Part shown: positions 42,074 through 52,885 of the stretch, in pieces | Layout: every line of letters begins with the position of its first letter | How positions within the stretch are numbered: position 1 is the stretch's first letter | Assembly: GCA_963755715.1 (NCBI GenBank) | Contig: CAVWLW010000001.1 | Span: 64,001-128,000, forward strand | From: an uncultured delta proteobacterium | Lineage (GTDB): Bacteria > Desulfobacterota > Binatia > UBA9968 | Direction: 5' to 3' | DNA length: 64,000 nucleotides | The notes under the pieces: model-generated | The model's database searches: none | The model's input: only the letters and a program-made list of their open reading frames with translations | Told to the model about the DNA's origin: nothing | Position numbers and translations under genes: made by a program

Positions 42074-42258
42074 GAATAAAATCCACCCAACCTGTGGTGT
42101 AAGAGAATTCCTATCTAGCCAGCAAATTTAGCTACTTAACGACCTGTTGATAAAATCCCTACCGTGAGCTGGATCGGAAGAATAGGCGTGGCCCGAAGAA
42201 GCCTCAAAGCCAGCAGGCCGAGATCCATTTGGTAGAGGTAGTTAAGGAAGCTCTATGG

Positions 42259-42969
42259 CTAAATATCGTCCATCAACCCGGCCAGCTTGGTTTTGGCGGC
42301 GTTGTGGTCCCAAACCTTTTGCACGACGGAATCTTTGCGCCGCTGTTTCATCACCCGCTGCGTTTCATCCTCGCTGTAAACCAAAACCGGACCGAGCAAA
42401 GAAGCTTTATAAAACCGTGCTGCGGCTTCTTCCAAGTCGACACAGCCGGCAAATACCCATTCGATCGAATGCGCCACGACCATTGAGCCATGCCCACGCA
42501 GCATAACCGCGTCGGCATTGCCCAGAGCTTTTGCCACCGCGTCGCCTTGCTCGATCGTATGGATAAGCGCCGGATCCATATATTTCGGTAACGGCCCCGG
42601 CCCGAAAAAGGCGCCAGGATTAGAAGTTGCCGGGTAAAAGGGCTTATCGACCATCGATAAGGTAGCCACCATATGGTTATGAAGGTGGGCCACGCTCTGG
42701 ATGTCGCTGCGCGCTTTATACGCCCGCGCGTGCATATTGACCTCCGACGGCGCTTTGTATTTGCCTTCGATCACTTTACCTTCAAAATCAGTGATCACCA
42801 TATCGTCGGGCTTAACTGTCGCGCGGCTCACCGGATGAGGCAAGATCAGCAGGTGATCTGAACCAGGGATGCGCACGCTGATATGCCCGCTGTAATCTAC
42901 CAATCCGGCATTAAATAACATGCGCGAAGACATGGCGAGTTTGGTTTTAAGTTCTGATAAATCCGACAC
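42259..42969 (-). CDS. Class II aldolase/adducin family protein
   Basis: SGHISVR, PSEVNMH, VAHLH, MLRGHG. Confidence 0.9.
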   Translation of the reverse strand: MSDLSELKTKLAMSSRMLFNAGLVDYSGHISVRIPGSDHLLILPHPVSRATVKPDDMVITDFEGKVIEGKYKAPSEVNMHARAYKARSDIQSVAHLHNHMVATLSMVDKPFYPATSNPGAFFGPGPLPKYMDPALIHTIEQGDAVAKALGNADAVMLRGHGSMVVAHSIEWVFAGCVDLEEAAARFYKASLLGPVLVYSEDETQRVMKQRRKDSVVQKVWDHNAAKTKLAGLMDDI

Positions 42970-43167
42970 AAAAATTCTCCTCTCTCTGGTAGGCTAATAT
43001 TTTCGTGCTATATCTTTCATCGCGTCAGAGTTCAACCGCGGCCCGCAGTCTGTGTCAGTCGACGGCTCAAATAACTTGATTATCGCGAGTATAAACCGCG
43101 CCGGAAAAAGACTCCGTGGCCCTACCCGCCGCTCAAAAGCGGCGGCCTTGGAAGGAATGCAAGGGCA

Positions 43168-44955
43168 ATGACTACAAATAGCGCCGAAGGCATCCGATGG
43201 GATCTAAGCGATCTTTACGCAGCGCACGACGATCCGCGCATCGACCTGACGATTAAGGATTGTTATGCCCGCGCCGAGAGATTTGCCGATCGTTTCCGCG
43301 CCTTGATGCAAGACCATGAAACGCTCACGGCCGAGTCCCTTCTTCAGGCACTCAGGGAATTGGAAGTCATTTATGAATCCTTGGGCCGCGTCGGCAGTTA
43401 CGCCGGACTGCTCTACGCGGCCGATACGGCAAAGCCGGAATATCAAGATTTGACGCAACGAGTCGAGCAGCGCTCGACTGAGGTTCGCAACCTGCTGCTA
43501 TTTTTCGAGCTGGAATGGCTCAAATTCGATGACACGATCGCGAGTCGGCTCATGGCGGACCCTACATTAGAAGCTTACCGTCATTATCTCATAAGCCTGC
43601 GCCGCTACCGGCCGCATACGCTCACCGAGTTGGAAGAAAAGGTCATCAACGACAGAGACAACACCGGGCGCAATGCCTTCGGCCGGCTTTTTTCCGAGAT
43701 CACGTCGTCGCTGACATTCGCCTTCGAAAAGCCAGGCGAAAAAGCAGACCTCAATCTCAGTCAGATTCTCTCACTGCTCCACGAATCCGACCGCGCGCTG
43801 CGGCAGAGCGCCATGGAGACGCTCTATCAAGGTTTGTCTCAGCAGGGCCAAGTGCTGACGTTCATCTATGACACGCTCATCCAAGATCAGTTGACCATGG
43901 ACCGCCTGCGCAGTTATCCCGATCCCATGGCCCAGCGCCATCTGTTCAATGAAATCGACGGCGCGGCCGTGAAAACGATGATGGCGGTGGTGGAGGAAAA
44001 CTACGGTTTGGCGCAGGACTACTTTCGTCTAAAAGCCAAACTGCTTAAGCTTCCGCGTCTTGCGCTCTATGACCAGTACGCGCCAGTGGGTAAAGAAGTT
44101 AAACCATTTCCGTACCATCAAGCGCGCCAAGTGATTCTCGCAGCGTTCGACGCTTTCGATCCGAAGTTTCGTCAAATCGCCGCGGAATTTTTTGATAAAA
44201 ATTGGATCGATGCCGAGATTCGCAAAGGCAAACGCGGCGGCGCCTTCTGCGCTTCGCCTTCGCCGCAGTTACATCCGTACATTCTGTGCAACTACGATGA
44301 CAACCTGCGTGACGTCATGACCGTCGCCCACGAGCTCGGCCACGGTCTGCATGGCTGCTTAAGCCGTAAGCAAAGTTATTTCAATTACGACACGCCGCTC
44401 ACCACCGCCGAGACCGCTTCGGTGTTCGGCGAAATGCTCGTCTTCGATTACTTGCTGGAGCATCAAACCGATCCGGAAGTGCAAATCGCGCTGCTCGCCG
44501 GCAAAATCGAAGACATCTTCGCCACCGTATTCCGTCAAAACGTGCTCACCCGATTCGAGGAAAAGGCGTTTGCCGCAAGAACCGAAAAACGCCTTACGCC
44601 CGACGCGCTCGGAACTCTTTGGCTCGAAGCCAACGGAAAATACTACGGCGATGCGGTTGAGATACCGGATGGCTACCGTTGGGGCTGGTCGTATATCCCG
44701 CACTTCATCCATTCACGGTTTTACTGCTACAGCTATGTCTTCGGCCAGCTCTTGGTCCTCGCGCTTTATCGAATGTACAAAGACGAAGGAAAGAGTTTCG
44801 TGCCGAAATATCTCGCGTTGCTCGAAGCGGGCGGTTCGGATACACCCGAAGCACTGCTCAAGCCGCTTGGTGTGAACACTCGCGCCGCAGAATTTTGGCA
44901 GAAAGGGTTTGAAGAGATCCGTGCACTAACTGCTAAACTACAAACATTGATATAG
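43168..44955 (+). CDS. pepF: Oligoendopeptidase F (M3B family)
   Basis: WDLSDLY, GKRGGAFC, AHELGHGLH, AETASVFGE, FYCYSYVFG. Confidence 0.93.
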   Translation: MTTNSAEGIRWDLSDLYAAHDDPRIDLTIKDCYARAERFADRFRALMQDHETLTAESLLQALRELEVIYESLGRVGSYAGLLYAADTAKPEYQDLTQRVEQRSTEVRNLLLFFELEWLKFDDTIASRLMADPTLEAYRHYLISLRRYRPHTLTELEEKVINDRDNTGRNAFGRLFSEITSSLTFAFEKPGEKADLNLSQILSLLHESDRALRQSAMETLYQGLSQQGQVLTFIYDTLIQDQLTMDRLRSYPDPMAQRHLFNEIDGAAVKTMMAVVEENYGLAQDYFRLKAKLLKLPRLALYDQYAPVGKEVKPFPYHQARQVILAAFDAFDPKFRQIAAEFFDKNWIDAEIRKGKRGGAFCASPSPQLHPYILCNYDDNLRDVMTVAHELGHGLHGCLSRKQSYFNYDTPLTTAETASVFGEMLVFDYLLEHQTDPEVQIALLAGKIEDIFATVFRQNVLTRFEEKAFAARTEKRLTPDALGTLWLEANGKYYGDAVEIPDGYRWGWSYIPHFIHSRFYCYSYVFGQLLVLALYRMYKDEGKSFVPKYLALLEAGGSDTPEALLKPLGVNTRAAEFWQKGFEEIRALTAKLQTLI

Positions 44956-45013
44956 GTTCGATAGCGAATAATCTGATCGGCAAGGCAAGCCGACAGCCGT
45001 CTTTTCTTTGATT

Positions 45014-46456
45014 TCACTTCATCCTAAAACTCGGCGGCACGACTTCGTCAATTCCCTTTCCCGTCCAATGCCATTTGGGTACGCTGTCCCAGACTTGTTC
45101 GCCCTTGGCTTGGACTTTGTCGAGCAGCTCTTGCTCGTCGAGACGGAGATACTTGCCGTTATCGACCAGCGTTTCGCCGTCGACGATAACCGTGCGCACG
45201 TCGCGGCTCACCGCAGTTTCCATGAGCGAGCGGATCGGATCACGCACCGCGCCGAAGGCGATGTCTCGCAGGTTGACGATCGTGATGTCGGCCTTGGCGC
45301 CTCTTTGCAGCCGGCCTAGGTCGTCACGCCCGAGCATCTTCGCGCCACCTAAAGTGATCGCGTTGAAAACATCGCGCGGGTGGCCGGCGAGAAAATTCTT
45401 ATCAGCGACGCGCGACGCGATCGCCGCGTAGCGCATGTCGGAGAGAATGTCTTTGGGAAAGGTATCCGTGCCGATACCCATGTTGATGCCCGCTTGACGA
45501 TATCTATCGAAGGACTCCATGACGATGCCGAGCTTTAAATACTTTAGCGGGCTGTAAGCCACCGACGCGCCGGAGTCGGCGATAATTTTGAGATCATCGC
45601 CGTAGGGATAGGCGAGCCAACTATGGCCGCTGATAAAGATGCAGTGCGACAGCGATACTTCCGGATCGAGAAAGCCAATCTTTTTCAGCAACTCGATCGG
45701 TGTGCAACGTTCGCGCTGCAGCACCGTGTGAAACTCGAAAAGATTGATCGTTGCGTGGATTTGAATTCTCACTCCCGCGTCCTTTGCCGCTTTCTTGGTG
45801 TCTTTCAACAACGCCGGCGTGCACGAATCCACATGGCCCGGATAGAGCAACGCGCTCATGCGGCCGCTGCATGCGCCGTCAAATTTCTTGGCGAAGTCGA
45901 CGGCGGTCTTTAGTCCTTTACTGCCGCGCTCGTCGTCCCAGTCGTACTCGAGCCGACCTTCGCGATCATGAAAGAAAGATACGTTCTTATAACTCGGACC
46001 GGCGGCGCAACGAATGCCGACTTGATCGACCATGTCGACGTACCGCTCCGGCTCGCCGCCGGCACCGCCGATGTCGAACGTCGTCGTCACGCCGCTCTTC
46101 AAAACATGGACGAGCGAATACCGCTGGCCGATGTCGACATCTTTTAAATGCGCCGAGTGCGCGCCCTCGCGAGTCGGGCCACCGTGGGCCAAATAGTTGG
46201 AAGCAAAAAAATCGGTCTTGGTCGAATCGTTAAGAATGTAATCGCTGGCATTGATGCCCGAGTGAAAGTGCGTGTCGATGAAGCCCGGCGAAACCAGGCA
46301 ACCTTTGGCGTCGATCTTTTTGTCGACGGCTTGTGCATAATCCTTGCCGACGAACTCAACCCGATTACTGTCGAAGACGACCACGCCATCTTTGATAATT
46401 TCATGTTCTTTGCCGTCGAAGCCGACCACGTAGCCGCCCTGGATCAGTGTTTTCAT
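45014..46456 (-). CDS. Metal-dependent amidohydrolase (chlorohydrolase/deaminase-like)
   Basis: PGFIDTHFH, QIHA, SHC, GIGTD, GAKADI. Confidence 0.88.
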   Translation of the reverse strand: MKTLIQGGYVVGFDGKEHEIIKDGVVVFDSNRVEFVGKDYAQAVDKKIDAKGCLVSPGFIDTHFHSGINASDYILNDSTKTDFFASNYLAHGGPTREGAHSAHLKDVDIGQRYSLVHVLKSGVTTTFDIGGAGGEPERYVDMVDQVGIRCAAGPSYKNVSFFHDREGRLEYDWDDERGSKGLKTAVDFAKKFDGACSGRMSALLYPGHVDSCTPALLKDTKKAAKDAGVRIQIHATINLFEFHTVLQRERCTPIELLKKIGFLDPEVSLSHCIFISGHSWLAYPYGDDLKIIADSGASVAYSPLKYLKLGIVMESFDRYRQAGINMGIGTDTFPKDILSDMRYAAIASRVADKNFLAGHPRDVFNAITLGGAKMLGRDDLGRLQRGAKADITIVNLRDIAFGAVRDPIRSLMETAVSRDVRTVIVDGETLVDNGKYLRLDEQELLDKVQAKGEQVWDSVPKWHWTGKGIDEVVPPSFRMK

Positions 46457-46547
46457 CGCTGAGACCTTTCAGAATTGGAATAGAGCTGGTTTCACTCGGA
46501 TTAACGAACGGGCCGCGCACGGTTTCAGCATGGTTGGCTAGCGCTCC

Positions 46548-47609
46548 TCACTTGCCCCAAAGCTCTCTCAGAAAACCGCTCTTGTCGAGATTGTTCACAA
46601 AGGAATTGTCGTAAAGGTCGTCCGCCTTTCGTTTGATCGGCGTGCCCAAGCTCCGCTGCAGTTCCACAGACTCGGCAACCACTTGCGCCGGCACGATCAT
46701 GTGCCGATCGACGATGTCTTTGGTGTAGACGCTATAGGCAACTTGCAGTGCTTCTTCGTCCTTCACGCGCATGACTTTGGCGATGGCCGCTTTGGCTTTG
46801 GCGGGATTTCGATCGGAGAAACTGATCGCTTCAGCGAACGCCGCAACCATGCGTTGCACCGTTTCCGGATATTCGCGAATCGTCCGCGAACTGGCATGCA
46901 GCGAGCTGTAGATGAAGGGAATATCCAGATCGATCAATCGGTAGGCGACATTATAACCGTCGTTTTTTGCGCGCACGTCGAGCGGCGGGGTGATGACGAC
47001 GCCCTGAACGACGTTGGCGATCATCGCTTGATAGCGTTCGGTCTGGCTGCCGCCGATCGGCCGCATGGTAACGTCAGGAACATTAAGTTTTTTTACGAGC
47101 AAACGCGACAGCCGATCGCTCAGATCGCCGGCGCGGGCCACGCCCAACGACTTCCCCTTCAAATCCTCGACGCGGCGGATTTCTTTCCGGGTGACAAGCA
47201 CATAAGGGAGCTTGATTAGCGGCGCCGCGACCAGCTTCACGTCGACGCCGGCCGCCAGCGCCGGCAGCGTGGCGTCCGCGGCGCAGTAAAGAAATTGAAT
47301 CTCGTCCGCCATCAGCGCCGCCAGCGAGGCGCTGCTGCCGCGGATAAAAACATGCTCCATCTTGAAACCGTACTTGTCGAAAAGATGATTTTCCAAAGCG
47401 GTGTAAAGGTGCGCGAAGCCGCCGGAGACGGCGCACGTCGCGATGCGGATATGGGTCGAGCGCTCGCCGGGTTTCGCAAGATAAGGATTGGCAAGGACGG
47501 GAGAATAATTTGCGCCGAGGAAAATCGCCGCGAGCAACCAGATCCTGATCAATGCCCACGCTAATGGCGCGCGACCCTGTTGCGCTGGGAAAAGCCCGTT
47601 TTGCCTCAT
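46548..47609 (-). CDS. ABC-type solute-binding protein, NMT1/SsuA-like
   Basis: Signal peptide, DLKGKSLGVARAGD, DNSFVNNLDKSGFLRELW. Confidence 0.85.
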   Translation of the reverse strand: MRQNGLFPAQQGRAPLAWALIRIWLLAAIFLGANYSPVLANPYLAKPGERSTHIRIATCAVSGGFAHLYTALENHLFDKYGFKMEHVFIRGSSASLAALMADEIQFLYCAADATLPALAAGVDVKLVAAPLIKLPYVLVTRKEIRRVEDLKGKSLGVARAGDLSDRLSRLLVKKLNVPDVTMRPIGGSQTERYQAMIANVVQGVVITPPLDVRAKNDGYNVAYRLIDLDIPFIYSSLHASSRTIREYPETVQRMVAAFAEAISFSDRNPAKAKAAIAKVMRVKDEEALQVAYSVYTKDIVDRHMIVPAQVVAESVELQRSLGTPIKRKADDLYDNSFVNNLDKSGFLRELWGK

Positions 47610-47716
47610 GAGAAGATCCTTCGAATCTCAAGCCGCGCGGATAATAGTCTATTTCATTCGGCCACTCAAACGCGCCACCGAACTAGCTCATGGGGACAAT
47701 TCCATGGGAACAAGAG

Positions 47717-48752
47717 TTAGACGGCGAAGCGAAAGTGGATGATGTCGGCATCCTTGACGAGATACTCTTTGCCTTCGAGCCGGAGTTTGCCGGCTTCCTT
47801 GCATTTTGCTTCGCTGCCGTAAACGATGAAATCCTCGTAGGCGACCACCTCGGCGCGAATAAAGCCGCGCTCGATGTCGCTATGTATTTTGCCGGCGGCT
47901 TTTTTGGCGACGGTGCCTTGGGTGATCGTCCAGGCGCGCACTTCGTCTTCGCCGGCGGTAAAAAAACTGATCAGATTGAGCAAGGCGTAAGAGGCGCGGA
48001 TAAAGCGCTCGCGCGCCGGCTCATCGATGCCGATCTCCTTCAAAAACCCCGCCCGGTCATTTTCATCGAGCTGGGCGATTTCCATTTCCACCTTGCCGGC
48101 GAGAGCGAGCCCCTGCAGGCCGCGGCGATTCAACTCCTGCTGGTAAGCAGGATCGAGCGGCTTGCCGGCCTGTTCTTCGGGCTCATTGAAAATCACCAGT
48201 AAAGGCTTGCGGCTGAGAAATCCGAATCCGGACGCGAGACTCTCTTCATCCGCGCTGAAGCTCAACGCGCGCAGGCTTTGCTCGCTTTCCAGCGCTTCGA
48301 GCGCAGCGCGCGAGCAATGCCTCTTCTTGAGGGCGCGCCTTTTCTTTTTTTAGACGGCTGCGCCGGTTCTCGACCACGGCGAGATCTGCGAGGATCATCT
48401 CCGTCATCAGGTCCGTTAGCTCTTTGATCGGCTTGGCGCCGGCGCCGAAATCGCGCAGTACGAGAGTGATGGCGTCGACTTCGCGCATTTGCGTCACCAG
48501 CGCCTGATTCGACTTGAGGTTTTCCTCTCCCTCGCTCGGCGGAAAATCGGTGAAGCGGATTTCAGCGTAGGTGGTTTTCTTCGGTTTGAAGATCGCCGAC
48601 AGCTTGTCGATCCGCGCATCGGGAACCTTGATGACGCCCAGGTGAATCTCTTCTTTGCCGCCAAAGCCGCCGGTCTGGGCCTGAAGGCCGGTCAGCATGT
48701 TGAAAATCGTCGTCTTCCCCGCGCCCCGATGGCCGATCAATCCCACTTTCAT
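47717..48752 (-). CDS. Divergent YchF-like P-loop NTPase with C-terminal TGS/DUF933 domain (frameshift ~48300)
   Basis: VKVPD-like IKVPDARID, ISFFTAGEDEVRAWTI, AGKIHSDIERGFIRAEV, RLEGKEYLVKD. Confidence 0.88.
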
Positions 48753-48865
48753 CTTTGGTACATTCTCCTCACGCAGCAACTCAGGGAAAGCAATCTAGCA
48801 GGAAACACCGAGCGAATAAATCTTTGGCGCGCGCTAGAATGGCGGGATTGCCGTGATGAAAACAT

Positions 48866-48910
48866 CATCGCCCAGCTCCCGACACCGTAAGGCGCCGAAG
48901 CTGGGCGATG
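48866..48910. terminator. Strong hairpin downstream of degP, possible terminator or REP-like element
   Basis: catcgcccagct...agctgggcgatg 12-bp inverted repeat. Confidence 0.5.
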
Positions 48911-48934
48911 TTTGGAAGCATTAGAAAAGCGCGG

Positions 48935-50426
48935 CTATTTTTTTAACGCGAGAAACACGCTCTCCTGGCCGCGCTTGACGAGTAACAAGACTGATTTACC
49001 TTTCTCGCTGCCTGCCATTTCACGGTTGTAGTCCGCTAGGTTTTTCACCGGGTGGCGGTTGATCTGAGAAATCAAATCGCCCGCGCGCAACCCCGCTTCG
49101 TCCGCGGCACTGCCCGGCGTGACCTCCGTGATCACCAAACCCTCGGCGCGTTCTAACCCTAAGCTTTGGGCTATTTCCGGCGTCACCGGTTGCACGGCCA
49201 GACCTAAACCGCCCTCCGCACTCGAGGCCGCGACTTCGTTCTCTTTCATTTCGCCCACCCCGATCGGCAGCGAAATCTCTTTGCCGTCGCGCATCACCTT
49301 AAGCGGCACGGTCGTTCCCGGCGCAACCCGCGCCACCAATGCCGGCAAGTCACTCGAGTCTTTGATATCTTTGTTATTGAATGCAACGATCACGTCGCCG
49401 GTTTTGATCCCCGCGCGTTCGGCCGGGCTGCCCTTCATGACATCGGCGACCAAAGCGCCGCGCCCTTCTTTTAGACCCAGCGAGTCGGCGATTTCAGGGG
49501 TAATTTTTTGCACCGTGGTGCCGAGATAACCGCGCACAACCTTGCCCTTGTCTTTGAGTTGCGGCAGCACTTCTGTGATCGAATTCGTCGGAATGGCAAA
49601 GCCAATGCCGATATTGCCGCCTGACTGGCTAAAGATCGCGGTGTTGATGCCGACGACTTCGCCGCGCAAATTGATCAACGGGCCACCCGAGTTGCCTGGA
49701 TTGATCGAGGCGTCGGTTTGAATGAAATTATCATAGGGACCCGGCGCCGATCTGTCTGCCTTTAGCGCTGACGATCCCCGAAGTGACCGTGTGATCGAGA
49801 CCGAAAGGATTGCCGATCGCCATGACCCATTCGCCCACTTCGAGTCGATCGGAATCGCCGAGGGTGACCGCAGGCAGATCGTGCCCCGCATCGATTTTTA
49901 CCATCGCGATATCGGTTTTTTGATCTTTGCCGATCACTTTGGCGTCGTAACTTTTTCCGTCCGATAACGTGACCGAGATTTTTTGCGCGCCATCGACCAC
50001 ATGATAGTTGGTGAGAATCGTGCCATTGCGGTCGATGATAAATCCGGAGCCGAGCCCGTTTTGCCGTTGCGGCCCACGCGGCCCGCGCCCGCCAAAAAAT
50101 CTTTGCCAGAACTGGCTCATCGGATCGTCATCATCAAAAGGCGACGGGCCGCCTTGGGCGGCCTTGCGAATCTGAGTCGTCGAGACGTTAACAACCGATG
50201 GGCCTACTCGCTTCGCCAGAGTGGCAAAGTCCGGAAGACCTTGCGCAACGACGGGTGTCCCGGCAGCGCCGACAGGCACGATCCGCCCGGCCGTAGAGTA
50301 GCGCTCGATGGCACCGCTGATACCGGCCCCCGCCAGCAAACAAAGGATGCTACCGAAAATTAGCGAATAAACCGCTATGTTTTTTTTCTTGGTTAAATCG
50401 TTGATCATTTTTCTCACCTCCACCAT
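48935..50426 (-). CDS. degP: DegP/DegQ (Do-family) serine endoprotease, two PDZ domains (frameshift ~49738)
   Basis: [33 protein letters not shown]. Confidence 0.92.
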
Positions 50427-50479
50427 TTAGACATGGCGGCCCACTTTTCCGTTCACGTTTATTTTTATAAAAGATCAAA

Positions 50480-50935
50480 CTAGTTGGCCCACGACTTTTT
50501 ACTTTCCCTTTTCCCCTGGTTTTCCAAGACCGCTTCCTTCCACCGCAATAGTCCCTGTCTCATATAGCTGGCATCATAGCCCAAGGCTTCGCAGATGTTC
50601 TCGAAAGAGAAAGGATAAGAACGGTCGTCGTTAGTAATCCATTCGGCGGCATCGAGATGCATTGTTTGTTTGCGTTTGCACGTAGCCTTTACGTTATCTT
50701 GGAAGCAAACCACGGCGTCTTGTAACACCGCAAGCATCAGCACACGTTCGGGATCGAGGTGAAAACGTCGACGATAAGTAGATTGATATTGATGTTCGAT
50801 CAAAATGTCGGGTTGAAACACCGAAAGAGCCCGCTCTTCAATCGGCGCTCGCGGCTGACCGTTGTTTTTCACCCAAAACGGCGAGCGCCCCCGGAGCCGG
50901 GACTCGCGGACTGTAGCTAATTTTTTTTCGACCAT
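50480..50935 (-). CDS. Conserved hypothetical protein (paralogue of 41637-42011)
   Basis: GGAGG RBS; FQPDILIEHQY, ERVLMLAVLQDAV, YPFSFENICEALGYDASYMRQGL. Confidence 0.8.
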   Translation of the reverse strand: MVEKKLATVRESRLRGRSPFWVKNNGQPRAPIEERALSVFQPDILIEHQYQSTYRRRFHLDPERVLMLAVLQDAVVCFQDNVKATCKRKQTMHLDAAEWITNDDRSYPFSFENICEALGYDASYMRQGLLRWKEAVLENQGKRESKKSWAN

Positions 50936-51110
50936 GGAACTACCTCCCTTTGGATTAGACAAGCCATCGACTGGCATTGTTCCAAATTTTTGGCGCGACG
51001 CGCGCCGGCCCCCGTGATGGGCATAGAATTCTAAAAAAGTCGGTCATGCCCAGGGCCCTGGTGATGCAACCCCGGGATTGGTGTAAACAAAATTAACTGG
51101 CGCGGGAGCT

Positions 51111-51461
51111 TTAGATCAAAAGAATCGAATCGAGCATGTGGCGAGAAATTTTGGGCACATAGGGGCCGCCGTAGGCGGCGAACACACCGGCACGAATCGC
51201 GGGTGGCGCTGCAAAAAGACGACCCGCCTCCGGAGTTTTTGCTGAGGGAGTTGGTACATCGCATGTTTCCCAGTCCAAGCTGACCCAGCGTGACTGAGGC
51301 GCGACATGGGCAATTTTGTTCGATCCCTCAAGATCTACTTTGACGCTGTAGACAAATTTGCCCGGGACGGTTTCATGAGCCAAACCAACCGCAAGGCTGC
51401 CGAAGAAAAAAAACAGTATCAGCCCGCCGACGAACAAGGCGGTCTTGAATTGGTTTAGCAT
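51111..51461 (-). CDS. Hypothetical exported or membrane-anchored protein
   Basis: N-terminal hydrophobic segment; no recognisable family. Confidence 0.4.
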   Translation of the reverse strand: MLNQFKTALFVGGLILFFFFGSLAVGLAHETVPGKFVYSVKVDLEGSNKIAHVAPQSRWVSLDWETCDVPTPSAKTPEAGRLFAAPPAIRAGVFAAYGGPYVPKISRHMLDSILLI

Positions 51462-51652
51462 TATAAATCCAAAAAATACGCTAACACCGAGGGACCGAAA
51501 GTCAACAAGAGCGAAACCGGCCACGATTCTGTACATCCCTGCTAGGGAATGTCTCGCCGGGATAAATGCTCGATGTCGGCTCAAGCAAGACTCGGGCGCG
51601 CGCTTTGACTCGCCAGTTGACGACACGGGTCAAGATGGTAGATTACCTGGCC

Positions 51653-52831
51653 ATGCCACTAGCAACTATCGAAGCGGCGATCGCCGATATTCGCCGCGGT
51701 CAAATGATCATTCTGATGGATGATAAAGACCGCGAGAACGAAGGCGATCTCTGCATGGCTGCCGAGAAAGTCACTCCGGAAGCAATTAATTTTATGGCGA
51801 CCCATGGCCGTGGGTTGATCTGTTTGCCGCTCACCGAAGAGCGCGTCCGACAGTTGGGTATCTCGATGATGGTGTCGGACAACACCTCTCCCTTCGGCAC
51901 TGCGTTTACGGTATCGGTGGACTCCGCCACCGGCATTAGCACCGGCATTTCCGCCGCCGATCGAGCTAAGACCATTCTCGATGCAATTGCAGATGAAGCC
52001 AAACCACAGGATCTGGTTACCCCCGGCCACATATTTCCGCTGCGCGCCCGCAATGGCGGCGTCCTGGTGCGCGCGGGACAAACCGAAGGCTCGGTCGACT
52101 TGGCCCGTTTGGCGGGGCTCAAGCCGGCCGGGGTTATCTGCGAAATTATGAAAGACGACGGCACGATGGCGCGACTGCCCGACCTCATGCGCTTCGCCAA
52201 AAAGCACAAATTGAAAGTGGTGACAATCGCTGATTTGATCCAACACCGATTGAATTATGACCTTTTGGTCTACAAAGCGGCGTCCGCGCCCCTGCCGACC
52301 CGAGTTGGCGGTCTCTTCCAAGCCATCGTCTACAACACCCATGTCGATCAGAGCGAGCACCTCGCTTTGATCAAGGGCGATATTTCGCCTAAGCAAGAGA
52401 CTCTGGTGCGGGTCCACACCAAATATGTCCCCGGCGATGTCTTTGGTTTCGAATTGCTGAACACCAATGCGGTGATCCAGCGTTCCATGGAAATCATCGC
52501 CAAAGAAGGCAAGGGCGTGATTCTTTATCTGCAACCGAAGCGCAAAGGACTGCACCCGGCAATGGTCACCTACCCGAGACTGGAAGGAAAGCAGCAAAAG
52601 GAGATGAACCGCTCGTTCGTTTACCAGGCCGATTTCAAAGAATACGGCATCGGCGCGCAAATTCTGCGCGACCTAGGCGTGCGCAAAATGCGCCTGCTCA
52701 GCAATAACAAGAAACATCTGGTTGGACTGCGCGGTTACGGCTTGGAAATCACTGCCCTCGAACCAATCGCACGGGATAATCCGCTGCGCGACGCGGTTAA
52801 ACAAAAAAAGCCTAAAGCGCAAGGCGCTTGA
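51653..52831 (+). CDS. ribB: DHBP synthase RibB fused to a degenerate GTP cyclohydrolase II domain (RibBX type)
   Basis: DDKDRENEGD, TAFTVSVD, PGHIFPL, GVICEIM; the C-domain lacks the Zn-binding cysteines. Confidence 0.9.
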   Translation: MPLATIEAAIADIRRGQMIILMDDKDRENEGDLCMAAEKVTPEAINFMATHGRGLICLPLTEERVRQLGISMMVSDNTSPFGTAFTVSVDSATGISTGISAADRAKTILDAIADEAKPQDLVTPGHIFPLRARNGGVLVRAGQTEGSVDLARLAGLKPAGVICEIMKDDGTMARLPDLMRFAKKHKLKVVTIADLIQHRLNYDLLVYKAASAPLPTRVGGLFQAIVYNTHVDQSEHLALIKGDISPKQETLVRVHTKYVPGDVFGFELLNTNAVIQRSMEIIAKEGKGVILYLQPKRKGLHPAMVTYPRLEGKQQKEMNRSFVYQADFKEYGIGAQILRDLGVRKMRLLSNNKKHLVGLRGYGLEITALEPIARDNPLRDAVKQKKPKAQGA

Positions 52832-52885
52832 TTTAAATCAAAGCACGGTTCGTATAATTCCGCGCTCAGGTAACGCCGAGGATCT

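Noticed and set aside
42075-42160. oriC-like region
   Set aside because: Only one 1-mismatch DnaA box and weak partial matches; insufficient without GC-skew data.
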